NCBI RefSeq assembly: GCF_009914755.1
Contig: NC_060946.1
Origin: the human T2T-CHM13v2.0 reference genome, Homo sapiens
Reading direction: 5' to 3' (one strand)
DNA length: 64,000 nt
The stretch's first letter is position 1. Each line of letters starts with the position of its first letter. The notes beneath the pieces are model-generated. The model made no database searches, was not told the DNA's origin, and was given only the letters and a program-made list of their open reading frames with translations. The translations under genes were made by a program, and so were the position numbers. Below, piece after piece: positions 49,252 through 64,000 of this stretch.

Positions 49252-51633
49252 TGATACGGTTTGACTGTGTACTCACCCAAATCTTATCTTAAACTGTAGT
49301 TCCCATAATCTCTATGTGTTGTGGGAGGGATTCAGTGGGAAGTAATTGAACCATGGGGGCAGTTACCCCCATGCTGCTGCTCTTGTGGTAGCGAGTTCTC
49401 ACAAGAGCTGATGGTTTTATAATGTGCTTCCCCCTTCACTTGGCACTCATTCATTCTCTCTCCTGCCACCCTGTGAAGAGGTGGCTTCTGCCATGATTGT
49501 AAGTTTCCTGAGGCCTCCCCAGCCATGTGGAACTGTGAGTCAATTAAACCCGTTTTCCTTTATAAATTACCCAGTCTCAGGTAGTTCTTTATAGCAGTGT
49601 GAGAATGGACTAATATAGTAAATTGGTACCCCAGAGAGTGGGATGCTTCTGTAAAGATACCCAAAAATGTGTAAGTGACTTTGGAACTGGATGACAGGCA
49701 GAAGTTGGAACAGTTTGGAGGGCTCAGAAGAAGACAGGAAAATATGGGAAAGTTTGGAACTTCCTAGAGGCTTGGAGGGCTCAGAAGACAAGAAGACGTG
49801 GGAAAGTTTGAAACTTCCCAGAGACTTGTTGAATGGTTTTGACCAAAATTCTGATGGTGATATGGATAATGAAGTCCAGGTTGAGGTGGTCTCAGATGGA
49901 GATGAAAAACTTTTTGGGAACTGGAGTAAAGGTCACTCTTGCTATGCAAAGAGACTGGCAGCATTTTGCCCCGGCCCTAGAGATCTGTGGAACTTTGAAC
50001 TTGAGAGAGATGATTTAGGGTATCTGGCAGAAGAAATTTCTAAGCAGCAAAGCATTCAAGAGGAAGCAGAGCATAAAAGTTTGAAAAATTTGCAGCCTGA
50101 CAATGTGATAGAAAAGAAAAATCCATTTGCTGGGGAGAAATTCAAGCCCACTGCAGAAATTTGCATAAGTAACAAGGAGCCGAATGTTTATTACCAAGAC
50201 AATGGGGAAAATGTCTCTAGGGCATGTCAGAGACCTTGGGGGCAGCCCCTCCAATCACATGCCAGGAGGCCTAGGAGGGAAGAATGGTTTCATAGGCTGG
50301 GTCCAGGGCCCTCCCTCCTGTGTGCAGTATCAGGACTTGGTGCCTGTGTCGCAGCCACTTCAGCTGTGGCTAAAAGAGACCAAGGTACAGCTGAGGCTGT
50401 TGCTTCAGAGGGTGCAAGCCCCAAGCCTTGGCACCTTCCACATGGTGCTGGCCCTGCGGATGCACAGAAGTATTCAGGTTTGGGAACCTCTGCCTAGATT
50501 TCAGAGGATGTATGGAAACACTTGGGTGTCCAGGCAGAAGTTTGCTGCAGGGGTGGGGCCCTCATGGAGAACCTCTGCTAGGGCAGTGGGGATGGGAAAT
50601 GTGGGGTTGGAGCCCCCACACAGAGTCCCCACTGTGGCACTGCCTAGTGGAGCTGTAAGAAGAGGGCTACTGTCTTCCAGACCCCAGAATGGTAGATCCA
50701 CTGACACTTCACACTGTGAGCCTGGAAAAGACACAACGCCAGCCTGTGAAATCAGCTGGGAGGGGAAGCTGTACCCTGCAAAACTATAGGGATGGAGCTA
50801 TCCAAGGTCATGGGAGCCCACCTCTTGCATCAGCATTACCTGGATGTGAGACATGGAGTCAAAGGAGATTATTTCAGAGCTTTAGGATTTAATTACTACC
50901 TCATTGGATCAGAGTTACCTGGATGTGAGACATGGAGTCAAAGGAGATTATTTCAGAGCTTTAAGATTTAATTACTGCCTCACTAGATTTCAGATTTGCA
51001 TGGGGCCTGTAGCCCCTTTGATTTGGCCAATTTCTCCTATTTGGAATGCGTGTATTTACCCAATGCCAATACCTCCATTGGATCTAGGAAGTAACTAACT
51101 TGCTTTTGATTTTACAGGCTTCTAAGAGGAAGGGATTTGCCTTGTCTCAGGTGAGACTTTGGACTTGGACTTTTGGGTTAATGCTGGAATAAGACTTTGG
51201 GGAACTGTTGGGAAGGCATGATTGTGTTTTGAAATGTGAGATTTGGGAGGGGCCAGGGGTGGAATGATATGGTTTGGCTGTGTACCCACCCAAATTTCAT
51301 CTTGAATTGTAGTTCCCATAATCCTCATGTGTCATGGGAGGGACCCAGAGGGAGGTAATTTGAATCCTGGGGGTGGTTACCCCCACGTTGGTGTTCTCAT
51401 TGTAGTGAGTGAGTTCTCACAAGAGCTGATGGTTTTATAAGGGGCTTCCCCCTTCACCTGGCACTCATTCATTCTCTCTCCTGCCACCCTATGAAGAGGT
51501 GCCTTCCACCATAATTGTAAGTTTCCTGAAGCCTCCCCAGCCACGTGGAACTGTGAGTTGATTAAACCTCTCTCCTTTATAAATTACCCAGTCTCGGGCA
51601 GTTCTTCAGGCAGTGTGAGAACAGACTGATACA
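49252..51633 (+). mobile_element. Full-length THE1D MaLR provirus: 5' LTR 49252-49617, internal 49618-51264, 3' LTR 51265-51633
   Basis: Both LTRs start TGATA(C/T)GGTTTG and end TAATATA/TGATACA; purine tract before the 3' LTR; 5-bp TSD CCTAC (49247-49251, 51634-51638); MaLR internal ORF remnants 49691-50497 and 50184-50789. Confidence 0.92.
50829..50986. repeat. 79-bp tandem duplication inside THE1D-int
   Basis: atcag..ttacctggatgtgagacatggagtcaaaggagattatttcagagc... at 50829 and 50908. Confidence 0.92.
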
Positions 51634-52768
51634 CCTACTATGTGGCCACCTTTGGAGACATGCACATGCGACCCTGTTCTCCATCCCCAAAAGCCATGTA
51701 TGAGTCCACTGTCAGACTTTTCTGGTTCCCATCCATGTATTCCTCTGCTCTGGATGCAATGCTTCCATCTCCATAGTTGGGCTCACTTCCTGAACTGCAA
51801 TTTCTATGTCTCCAGCTAGACTGATAACATTTATCACCTCTGAGTACCAAACAGCTGGGATAGACTTATTCTCCAAATGCAGCTCCACATAAGCAGGAGC
51901 CTGTTCCCTACTATACCCATGCATCTCAGCTATGCCTGGCACCGAATCAGTGCTCAGTAAACTACCTGGTGAATGACTGCTACAGTGATCTTGACACAGG
52001 TATCAGGTCTCTGCCACTGTGGAACTTACCAGCTAGGGAGCACTGTCTGAGAAGAGGCTGGCAGTGGTCATTTCTGCCCACCTTTGGTGTTCAGAAGACA
52101 GGCTCTGGAGCCAGACTGCCAGTACCTGGGAGAGCTGAGATGCACACTCAGGCACTCTGATCCCAAGGTTTGGGATAAGGACTGTGGACTTGTATTGCTT
52201 TCTTTTATCCTCATAACAAGCTCATTTTATGGAAGGAGGGTGGCTGAGGCTGACAGGTTAATCTGCCAAGTACTGCCAGACGTATTTCAGATATTAAAAG
52301 TTTTCCATTTTTAGGAAGGTAATATGGTGAATATACCATATTTTATATAACACTTCCAGCAGGCTCTGAACTATACTCCATATCAAACACATTCAGATGC
52401 TTGCAGCAAATCATATGAACAAACACACTTAGTATAATTATAGCCTCACTTTCCTGCAGATTAGGCTTTGCTACCAAAAGAATTGCAAAACATTTTCTAG
52501 TTTCCAGAGTGTGTTGGATTTGGGATTTGCAGGCGAGGGACTGTGGACCTGTAAATATAAAGCCCTTAGAAGAGAATGTGGCACTAAGTAGGTGCTGTGG
52601 GCCTAGCATGCAGCAGCCACTTGGTACATGTTAGTTTCCTTCTCTCCAGCCAGGCTCTGATAGCACCCAAGCCTCTCATAGCTCTCCCCTTCTATTTCCC
52701 CAGGAGATGAGATAATCCCCACTCCTCTCTTGCCCCAGAAGGTGGTAGCACTTGCAAATTCCTACTTA

Positions 52769-53242
<474 letters not shown>

Positions 53243-53846
53243 CTGGAAATAAGCCAACAAATACATAAGTGGAAACGACCTCCACCCCCTTAAGAGCAAA
53301 CAGATACAGCGCTTTCCTGCCCCACTGCAGGTGGTAATGTAAATTAGGACATCCTTCTGGAAAGGAATTTGGCAACATGTATTAAGAGGATAGCTTTTTA
53401 ACCTACAATTTCCATTTTCTGGAATTATATCGCAAAGAAAGATTCTAAGTTACAGAAAAAGCTTCATGCACAAATATGTTAATCACAGGTTATTTACACT
53501 AGCGAAATACTGGGAAGTATCTCAACATTCAACCACAGTTTAACAAATAAGTCAACTACAGCACAGTTACTCAATGAACCTATTGTGGCTATTTTTAAAG
53601 GTGCCCTGAAGAACGGATTTTGGTAACAGAAACAATTTCATGTTCTAATGACAAATTTAAAAGATAATGATTCAAAATTATAGGAACCAAATGACTACAA
53701 AGATGTACAAGTTGAAAGAACAAAACTTTGGAAATAAAAGAAATCAAAGTGTTAACAGTGATTATATTTTGGTAACGCAAGTACATGCCTTTTTTTCTTT
53801 TTCTTTCCTCTTACTTATATTTTTCTAATTTTCTAGAGTGCTTATT

Positions 53847-54214
53847 ACTATGGACCGGCATGTCCCCCACCTCACCAAATTTATATGTTGAAGATAATGC
53901 TGAATATGATGCTTCGGAAATGAGCCCTTTGGGAGGTAATTATGGTTAGTGGGGTCATGAGGGTGTGGCCCACGCGATGGAAGTACAGCCCTTATAAGAA
54001 AGGATGCCAGAGAGCTTGCTTTCCCTGCACTGTGTGAAAGCAAAGGTAAAAGGCAGCCATCTGCAAACCAGGAGAGAGCCCTCACCAGAACCAGGCAAAG
54101 CTGACACCCTGACCTTGGACTTCCCAGCCTCCAGAACTGTGAGAAATAAGTACCTGTTGTTTAACTCACCCAGCCTATGGTATTTTGTTATGTCAGCACA
54201 AGCAGATAATATAC
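53847..54214 (+). mobile_element. MLT1A-type MaLR LTR
   Basis: gccctcaccagaacc...ttggacttcccagcctccagaactgtgagaaataa...cagcctatggtattttgttat hallmark. Confidence 0.8.
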
Positions 54215-54343
54215 ACATCTATTGCTTTTCTAAACAGAGTAACATAAGTTTAAAAAACCCACACTGTTCATTTGAGATCAAAACATCCCATTGAGAACAA
54301 TGACTATTTAAACCATGGAATTAGATTTTATATTTTTTGTTAA

Positions 54344-54670
<327 letters not shown>

Positions 54671-55048
54671 TAAAATTTACTTAAGATTGAAATGCACAGT
54701 TCTTAGGTATACACTTCTTTGAGTTTTGATAAATGTATATACTGGTATAATGTTTATTATATTTCTACACCTCAGAAAGTTCTTTTGTACCCCTTCTGGT
54801 CCCTCCACATCTCCTAACAGGCAAATACTCTTCTGATGCATGTCACCGTTTATTAATTTTACCTGTTCTTGAACTTCATATAAATGTAATCAAATATATT
54901 ATGCTTTTGTTAATAACTGCTTCCCTCAATGGTTCTGAGATGCAATATGTTGTATAGCAGTCATTCTATTTTTAAAATAACTGAATACCATTCTACTGGA
55001 TGGATAAACCACAAATTGCTACTCCATTCTCCTGTTGATAAAAATTTG

Positions 55049-55420
<372 letters not shown>

Positions 55421-56167
55421 TCGGAAATGTTTGCAGTTTTCAGAAATTATGCATAAATTGCTGCAAGAAATTTTTATTTAAGTCTTTTTGTGGGGCTAGA
55501 TAGATAGATGATGAATGGATGGATGGATAAATTGAGAAGTAGATCTTTTCTTTGGGAAAATACCTAGGAGTTAATTTGTTGGGTCATGGGGTAAGTGTAT
55601 GTCTAAATAAGAAACTGTCAAAAAGTTTCCCATAGTGGTTGTTTGATTTTGCACACTCCATTTGAGAGTTCCCGTTCCTCCACATCCTTTCTCACATTTG
55701 GTTGTCGTCGTTTTCATCCTACCCATTCTAGTGGGTGTAGCATAGTATCTTATTGTGTTTTAAATTTATTTTGTCTGATATTTAATGACATTGAACAAGT
55801 TTCATGGGTTTACTGGCCAGTGACATATCTTCTTTTGTGGATATCTATTCAAATCTTTGGCCCATTTCTAAAAGGTGGGTTGTTTATCTTTTTATTTTTG
55901 ATTTGTAGGAGTTCTTTATACATTCTAGATACAAGTCCTTTCTCAGATACGTACATTGTAAATATTTTCTACCATTCTGTGGCTTGCTGCTTCATTTCCT
56001 TCATGAGCAGAAGTATGGCAGAATAAAACAACTCTTAAAAAAGTGAATTGTTTATTTGAGATAAAAGCATCCCAATAAGAAAAAAAAATTATACTATAGG
56101 ATGAGACCACACTTCTGTATTTTGGGTACTGGGAATACTTTACATATCCTTTCATATATACGTATCT

Positions 56168-56169
<2 letters not shown>

Positions 56170-56201
<32 letters not shown>

Positions 56202-56250
56202 ATATATGCATATAATATAAATATAATATATATAAAGTCTTATATATATC
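56170..56250. repeat. (CA)n plus TA-rich tract
   Basis: Direct reading. Confidence 0.92.
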
Positions 56251-56343
56251 TGCAGATGTTTTGATAAACAGAAACTTTTATTTTTATGAAACCTAATTTA
56301 TCAAATTTTTCATTTATGGTTAGTGTTTCTGTGTCTGTTCTTA

Positions 56344-56669
<326 letters not shown>

Positions 56670-59600
56670 TCACAATCATACCATCCTACAGTGTCTTGTA
56701 GAAGCTTTATAGTTCTAGCTTTTCTGTTGAGGTCGGGGATCCAACTAAACTTGATTTTTGAGTGGTATGAAGTAGGGTATGAAGTTCATTTTCAGCCCCG
56801 TTCATTTATCCAGGTTGCCAGCACCATTTATGAAAGTATTTTTCTCCCACTAAATTGCTTTGGTGGCCTTGTTGGCACCAATTGGCTGTACATGTGTGGG
56901 CCTACTTCTGGACTATGTTTAATATGCTCCACTGATCTCTCTGTCTATTCTTACATTTATTGATTGCTATGGCTTTCCAGAAAGTTTTAAAATCAGGTAA
57001 AGTGAGTCCTCCAACTTAAATTTTCTGTCTCAAGATTGTCTTAGATATCCTAGGTCCTATTTTCATATGCATTTTAAAATCAACTTTTATGAAAAAGTCT
57101 GTTGGAATATTGTTCGAGATTGCATAGACTGAGTAGAATTGTCACTGAACAATATTGGGTTCTCTATGAACACAGTAGACCCCTCTACTCAGAAATTTTT
57201 TTGTGATTTTCAATATAGAGATCTCGCATACATTTTGCTAAATTTATTCCTATTTCGTTTGGGGTTTTTTGCATGTTTTTAAAATGACACTGTTTTCTAA
57301 ATTTCACTTTCCATTTGTTTGCTGCTAGTATAATATTATTTTCAATATACTGACATGCTCAATTCAAGTATTGTTGCTACTAGTTGTTTATAGATTCCTT
57401 GATACTTTCTATTTAAATAATGTCATCTATAAATAGAGATCTTTACTTCTTTCTTTCTAATCTGAATGCCTTTTACTAATTTCCCTTATCTGACTGTCCT
57501 AGCTAGGACCTCCAATATTGAACAGAAATCATGAAAACACACACCTTACCTTGTTCCGAATCTTAGGGGGGAAACACTCAGTATCTCACCATTAATGTGG
57601 TGTTAACTAGAGGTTTTTGGTAAATCCACTTTATTAGATTCAGGCAGTTCTCTTCTATTATTATTTGGATGAGAGTTCTTATCATTTGGGAGTTGAATTT
57701 GCCAAGTGATTTACTAAATCTATTGAGAGGATTATATGTTTTTGAAACCATTTATTTGCTTAACAATGTGGTAAATTATACTGATTGATTTTTAAATGTT
57801 AAACCAAACTTGCATTCCTGGGATAAACCCCACTTGATCATAGTGTATTACCCTTTTTATATATTGGTGGATTCAATCTGATAATATTTTGCTATTTTTG
57901 TGTCTATGTTCATGACAAAAAAACATTGGTCTGTGGTTTTATTTTTTGGCAATGTTTTTGCTAGGTTTTGGTATCAGGGTAATATTAACCTCACAAAATA
58001 GGTTGGGAAGCATTCCCTCCTTTTCTATTTTCTGAAAGAGTCTGTGTAATATTGTGTTTTTTTTCTTAAATTATTGGCAGAATTCAACAGTGAAACCATC
58101 TGGGGTTGGTTTTTCTTTGTGGGAAAGTTTTTAATAATGAATTCAATCTCTTTTATAAAGCTATTCATATTTTGTTTTTCTTTTTATCTCAATTTTGACA
58201 ATATGTGATTTCGAGCATTTTGTCCATTTCATCTTGGTTGTGAAACTTACTGGCATAAAGTTGTTCATAACATATCCTTTCTGTAGGATCTTATGATTCC
58301 TCCTGATATTCCTGATATTGGTAATTTGCTTTTTCTCTCTTTTTGACTGATCCATGTTGCTAAGAATTTATAAATTGTATTACTCTTGCAGGGCACCAAC
58401 TTGCAGCCTTTTCAATTTCTCCATTGTTTGTTTTCTATTTCACTTATTTCTGTTTTTTATTACTTCCTTTCTTCTCCTTACTTTTGGTTTAAGTTTAATT
58501 TGCTATTCTGTTTTCTAGAGCCTTGAGCTGGAAACACAGATCATTAATTTTAAACTCTTTTTTTCCCCAATATAAGTATTTAAAGCAATGTGCTTCCCTC
58601 CCAGAAATTCTGACATATTTTCATTATCATTCATTTTAAATTATTCTGTTTATCCCTTATAATTTTTTGACCCATGTATTACTAAAACATGCATTTAATT
58701 TTCAAATTTCAGTGCTTTTTAATTATTGTCTTGTTAATGCTTTTAATATAATTCATTTGTGATTCTTGAACACAGTCTATAAGGTTTTAAACCTTTGCCG
58801 TTCATTAAGATTAATTTTATGGTTCAATACAGTCTACCTTGATGAATGTTCCAGATGCACTTGGAAAGAATGCATATTTTGTGGTTGCTGGGTGTAATGC
58901 TCTACAAATATTACTTAGACTGCTTTCAAGTCCAATTCCTCAGGTAGCTGACACTCCCATGGTGACTTGCAAGCAGGAAGTTTATTAGGCAGTGCTTCCA
59001 TCTATGCTCAACAACTGTGGGCAGGAATGAAAAGCAGATTTGGGCTGAGAGACAGACAGAACCATCACAGGTTCAACAGAGGTGCCAGTTGATTTTAGTG
59101 GGCACATGGACCTGGGGCATCTCTTTAGATGTCCTCATTTTCCAGCCACTCTGTGAGCTTATACTCTGCCCCCTGATTTGTCAAACCAGCAAAGCTGCAG
59201 CTCTCCACTTGAGTTCCAGCTGCTCCATGCCAGGTGGCGTGGGAAGAGCCACCTAAATGTATATTTCACTAAGTGGGTGTGGTTTTCCTTCCTTCAAGGG
59301 TCAAATCCTGTCCACCTCCTGTCTATTTTTTGTTTTTCTCCAGCAACCTCAAATCGTTTTAAAGATTTTTTCCAAAGTTTATCATTATCATCTGTGAGAG
59401 GTTTAGTTCAACTTAGGCTATGCCGTCATTACTGGAACTGAGCCCCTTCCATTTTTCAAATACCAGATGGAAAAGTTAAAATGTTAGGGTTGAAGGGATC
59501 TTAGAGTTTATTTAACAATTCCTTCTTCAGGAACTCTGGTCAACCTTCCATTGATATGAATTCCCTGACTTTGAAAAAAAATCACCTCTTACCATCTTTT

Positions 59601-60197
59601 GACCTACTCCAATGTTAGTCAAAGGCTTCTCAGGTAACTTCTGCCCACTACAGGCCCCAGTGGAACTTACAGGCTGGCAAAGGGAGGCCAATCATGAACA
59701 TGCAGACAAACATTTATGGTTTAGGGTAAGTGCAAGTAAACAATACACAGAGTGTGGTCATCGAAATTCACTTGGGGCAGGACTTTTGCAGAGAGGATGG
59801 TTAGAGAAGGCCTCTCTGAGAAAGTTACTTTTAAAAATTTCATTTTCAATTGACAAGCAATAATTATATATATTTCTGTGATGTTTTGCTATGTTTACAT
59901 TGTGGAATGATTAAGTCAAGCTAATTAACAAATCTATCATCTCACACACATCATTTTCTGTGGAAAAAAAATTTAAAATCTACTCTTTTAGCAATTTTGA
60001 AATATACAATGCATTATTTATAATGCATTATAGTGACTGTAAAGTCACTATTCTGTGCAAAAGATCACAAGGGCTTATCTCTCATAACTGAAACTTTGTA
60101 CTCTCTGACCGACATGTCCGCTTTCCCCATTCAGCCCCCTCTCCAGCCTTAGGCAACCACATTCTACTCTCAAATTCTATGAGTTCAATGGTTTTAG

Positions 60198-60620
<423 letters not shown>

Positions 60621-60905
60621 TTCCCCCTCCTTTTAAGGCTGAATGGTATTCCATCGTGTGTATATATACCACATTTACTTTATCCATTCCTCTGATGATG
60701 GGCACCTAGGTTAGTTCCATATCTTAGCTACTGGGTATAATGCTGCAATGAACCTGGGAGTGCAGATAGCTCTGATAAATTGATTTCAATATATTTGGAT
60801 ACATACCCAGAAGTGAGCCTGCTGGATCATATGGTAGTTCTATTTTTAGTTTTCTGAGGAACCTCCATGCCGTTTTCCATAATGGCCGTATTAATTTACA
60901 TTCCC

Positions 60906-61192
<287 letters not shown>

Positions 61193-61443
61193 GCCAGCTT
61201 CGCAGTCGAAGGACAAGAGTCGTAGAAGCGGTCGAGGCTTTTACGGCTCCGGCGTGCCGGAAAGTGCGTGAGTGGAAGGTGCTTGAGTGCCGCCGCCGGG
61301 GAGTTTTGTTCCGTTTCCGGGATCCTGGGGTCTGGAGGCAAAGTATGTTATGCATAAAAGTGGATAATTTACATGATAAATGAAAATGGCCAATTCTTTA
61401 AGAGGATAAGTATTAAATCTTTATAAAAATCTGCTGTATCTTG

Positions 61444-61649
<206 letters not shown>

Positions 61650-62244
61650 CTACTGTATCTTGGACGAGACTATCCAAAAGGAGCAGACTATTTTAAACGG
61701 CGTTTGAACAACATTTTCCTTAAAAACAAAGACGTGAAGAATCCAGAGAAGATCAAAGAACTTACTGTACAGGGCGAATTTGTAATGAAAGAGCTAGAAG
61801 CCTTATATTTCTTTAGGAAATACAAAGCTATGAAACAACGCTGTTATTCAGATATCAACAAAAACTAGTTGATCCTTACTACTTTAATTTAGCTGACAAC
61901 CAGTGCCAGCTGTTTCTGTACACCAGCTATTGTAAAATAATTCTAACTTAAAATGGGAAGATGTACATGTTGTGTAAAAAAATCCCTGAGCTGCCCTACT
62001 GAACTAAATAGGTTTCAACTTCTGTTCATACTGAGAGATTTATCAGCAACTTTATGCTCAGTTTTTATACAAAGATAGCAATTTAGCTATACTACCGATT
62101 ATAAATTAATGAGCACCGAATTTTGAATGAAAATATAATACACTTAATCTTGTAACTTAATAGGACTTAGCCAATTATTTTTAGCTTATTTTTCCATTTT
62201 ACTGACAAGAGAATGCCACATACTGAACATTTAATAGGCAAATT

Positions 62245-62553
62245 TTCTTTTCTTTTTTTTTTTTTTTTAAGACAGTTACACTCTTGTTGCCCAGGCTGTA
62301 GTGCAATGGCACCATCTCGGCTCACTGCAACCACCACCTCCTAGGTTGAAGTGATTCTCCTGCCTCAGCCTCCCAAAGTAGCTGGGATTACAGGCGCCCG
62401 CCACCACGCCCAGCTAATTTTTTTTGTATTTTTAGTTGAGACGGGGTTTCACCATTTTGGCCAGACTGGTCTTGAACTCCTGACCTCAGGTGATCCACTC
62501 GCCTCGGCCTCCCAAAGTGCTGGGATTACAGGCGTGAGCCACCGCGCCCAGCC
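62245..62553 (-). mobile_element. AluS within the retrocopied 3' UTR
   Basis: Reverse Alu dimer. Confidence 0.92.
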
Positions 62554-64000
62554 ACAAAATAATTTCTTACACACTTGTTTCTCTTAACTTTTGAAAGGAA
62601 TCCCTTATTTTTTTCCCCAGTTTGGTACATTAACAGCACATATTCAAGGTTCACTACAAAACAAAGCAGTTCCTGGTAATGATTTAAATGTAGTTATAGA
62701 AATAATAATATGTATGGAGTCATTCCTGCTGAACTTGAAATAGCCTTCTGGTGACAGGCATTACATACATAACTATTCAATTATTTCCATTATTAATGTT
62801 GCTGCTGCTACCTTTGGGCCTGAAACCAAGTCACCTGTTGTGTATCAATTAGCTTCTTTGATAAAAGGAAATAAATAATGTCATTCTATTATTTTATCAT
62901 AAAGACAAAAAATTTACATTCCCACTCATGGTGCACAAGTTTTCCCTTTTCTTTACACTCGCTCCAACACTTGTATCTGACATCTTTCTGATAATAGCCA
63001 TTCTAACAGGTGTGAGGTGAGATCTCATTATGGTTTTAATTTGCATTTCCCTGATGATTAGTAATAATGAGCATTTTTTTCATATATCTGTTAGCCACTT
63101 GTATGTCTTCTTTTGAGAAATGTCTATTTGGTTTACTTGCCCATTTTTTGATTGGATTATTTATTTTCTTGTTATAGAGTTGTTTGAATTCCTTATATAT
63201 TTTGGATATTAGCCCCTTATCAGATGTATGGTTTGCAAATATTTTCTCCCAATCTCTGGGTTGCATCTTTATTCATTGCTTCTTTGCTCTGCAGAAGCTT
63301 TTTAGTTTGATGCAATTCCATTTGTTTATTTTTGCTTTTGCTGCCTGTGCTTTTGGAGACACTTGGACAATGTCCAAGAAATAATTGCCCAGACCAATGT
63401 CATGGAATTTTCCCCCTTTGTTTTCTTTTAGTAGTTTTATAGTTTCAGGTCTTATATTTAAGTCTTTAATCTATTTTGAGGTGTTTTTTTGTATGATGTG
63501 AGATAAGGGTCCAACTTCACTCCTCTGCCTACGGATATCCAATTTTCCCAACATCACTTATGAAGAGACTGTCTTGTCTCCATTGTGTGTTCTTGTCACC
63601 TTTGTCAAATTTCAATTGATTGTAAGTGTGTGGGTTTATTTCTGGGATCTCTTTGCTGTTCTATCGGTCATTGTGTATTTGTCAGTACCATGTTTTGATT
63701 ACTATAGCTTTGTAATAGATTTCAAGTGCCTCTAGCTTTCTTCTTTTGTCTCAAAATTGCTTTGACTATTCAGATTCTTTTGTGGTTCTATACAAATTTT
63801 AGGATTTTTTTATTTCCATGAAAAATAACATTGGAATGTTGATAGGGATTGCATTGAATCTGCAGATCATTTTGGTTAGTACGGACATATCATTCTTCCA
63901 ATCCGTGAACACGGGATACCTTTCCATTTATTTGTGTCACTTACAATTTCTTTCACCAATGTTTTATAGTTTCCAGTAAGAAGGTCTTTCACCTCCTTGG

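Overview
Human (or close primate) genomic DNA lying inside the synapsin III gene (SYN3, minus strand; 22q12.3 by my recognition of the protein). Only two coding exons are present. The ATG exon (CDS 53080->52770, [10 protein letters not shown]...DDAHTD-W) splices in frame to a 58-nt exon (27133->27076, W-SKYFHGKKVNGEIEIRVEQ). The rest is repeat-dense intron: more than 30 Alus, L1/L2/MIR fragments, a full-length THE1D MaLR provirus, solo LTRs, MER DNA transposons, microsatellites and a processed pseudogene of ETFRF1/LYRM5. Almost all entries in the ORF track are spurious repeat-derived frames. I see no evidence of a new protein-coding system. The most unusual items are structural: (1) an Alu + ETFRF1 retrocopy sharing one target-site duplication, i.e. 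an apparent chimeric retrotranscript, carrying a CpG-rich 5' segment; (2) an Alu with a ~125-bp target-site duplication; (3) a ~200-bp MIR copy duplicated 7.75 kb away; (4) a NAGNAG acceptor immediately followed by a donor-like motif at the SYN3 ATG exon; (5) two consensus CTCF cores. Repeat boundaries and subfamily names are by eye and approximate.
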